Part shown: one piece after another, positions 62,919 to 64,000 of the stretch
Layout of the letters: each line of letters starts with the position of its first letter
Position numbering within the stretch: position 1 is the first letter of the stretch
NCBI GenBank assembly: GCA_030704615.1
Contig: CM060733.1
Span: forward strand, 28,644,001 to 28,708,000
Direction of reading: 5' to 3'
DNA length: 64,000 nt
Source: Takakia lepidozioides
Lineage: Eukaryota; Plantae; Bryophyta
The notes under the pieces: model-generated
The model's database searches: none
What the model saw: only the letters and a program-made list of their open reading frames with translations
Told to the model about the DNA's origin: nothing
Translations under genes and position numbers: made by a program

Positions 62919-64000
62919 CGGAGGTGCCACCAGCTGCTGAGGGGAGTGCCGGTACAAGCACCAGCGATACTAGTGGGTACACAAGACAAGGTGTGCGGTT
63001 TAGGCCACTTTCACCTTCAGTGTCTTCTGAGGAAGATTCAGACTCGGAGTCAGGAGGATTCTCGCCGAGGGTGCAAGTCATTTCCGTGCCATTGTTGTGG
63101 GACACGATGGAGGAGATGTATGGAGCTACCAAGGGGCCACGTAGGTACTCTGGAGCTGTGGGCACCATCGAGCTTGATGACTTTATACAAGAGTTTGACA
63201 GTTGGTGTGATTTGCAGCAAATGCGCAATCCACAACTGTTTACGCCCTTTATGGCGTGGAAGGGGCTATTCCAGCACCTTGAGGGGCCGCCCATGGATGA
63301 TTACCATGAATTTAGGCGGGGACATGCGGTGGAGATTGAGGAGTGGCGAGAGTATTGGTCACCTAACTATGTCTCAATCACTAGAGGCACAAGGGCAGCG
63401 GTGACACCAGCAGCTACACAAACATCTCCAACTACAAGCACTAGTAGTGGAACAAGTAGTGCCGGCAAGGTGGTACCAGTTCAAAAGGTACTACTACTCC
63501 TCCTGCCACAATTACAACACATGTGCCTAGATTCAGATTCAGCCCGGTGGTGGAGTTCTTCCAGGAGTTGCGGAGGAACTACCAAGGTGTACGGACAGAG
63601 AAGCTGTGAAGTTTGCAAGACTTCCAGCGCAAATCCAGTGAGAGCTTGCGAGAGGCCTAAACTCGTATGAGGCGCTTGATAAGTGTGACCCAAGGGGTTA
63701 CTGAAGCTCAGGCAGTCCAGTTCTGGTATGGAACTTTGGACAAGGAGCTCAAGAGAAGGGTGCGGGATGCAACCCTGTTACAAGCGGCCCAACCCACATT
63801 AGCGGATATGTTTCTGCTGGCTGAGCGGATTGAGCTCAACATGGTGGAGGAGCGAGTTGTTACCATTGGATTTGGCAAGGACATGCCTACACGAGGTGCA
63901 GCTGCCAGCCAACAGGTACAAGGGACTGCCCAACAGCGTGGTTAGGGGGGCAAGGTTGTCCAACCCAAGTTCCATGAAGCTTACATGGGACCTCAGGTGC
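62919..64000 (+). mobile_element. DNMT-PHD gypsy copy C gag (continues past the window end)
   Basis: ORFs 62924-63670 and 63667-63945 are close homologues of copy B gag; frameshifted. Confidence 0.88.

Overview
Eukaryotic nuclear DNA, most likely from a non-seed land plant (inferred from bryophyte-type PLS-PPR/DYW repeats, a Tcn1-like chromovirus and spliceosomal introns). A central gene island (~25.4-46.4 kb) holds a 5-exon Dpy-30-motif gene, an R/E-rich ORF, LCB1 (serine palmitoyltransferase subunit 1) and a POLTERGEIST/PLL-type PP2C. It is flanked by two nested transposon-rich regions. The first highlight is a Ty3/gypsy family, seen as several decayed partial copies, whose reconstructed order is gag-protease-[DNMT3-like C5 cytosine methyltransferase]-RT-RNaseH-integrase-[PHD finger], so it carries both a putative DNA-methylation writer and a putative histone reader. 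The second is a 5016-bp non-autonomous TIR transposon (perfect 16-bp TIRs, 8-bp TSD) inserted in a CACTA transposase, with cargo made mostly of shuffled PLS-PPR/E+/DYW RNA-editing-factor fragments. Also present: a LINE that repeatedly inserts at (CT)n tracts, a MULE/SWIM transposase facing a Ulp1 protease, a captured CDPK 5' end and a probable 6.9-kb microhomology-mediated inversion. All calls were made by eye from the sequence and ORF track. No database search was run and boundaries of degraded elements are approximate.
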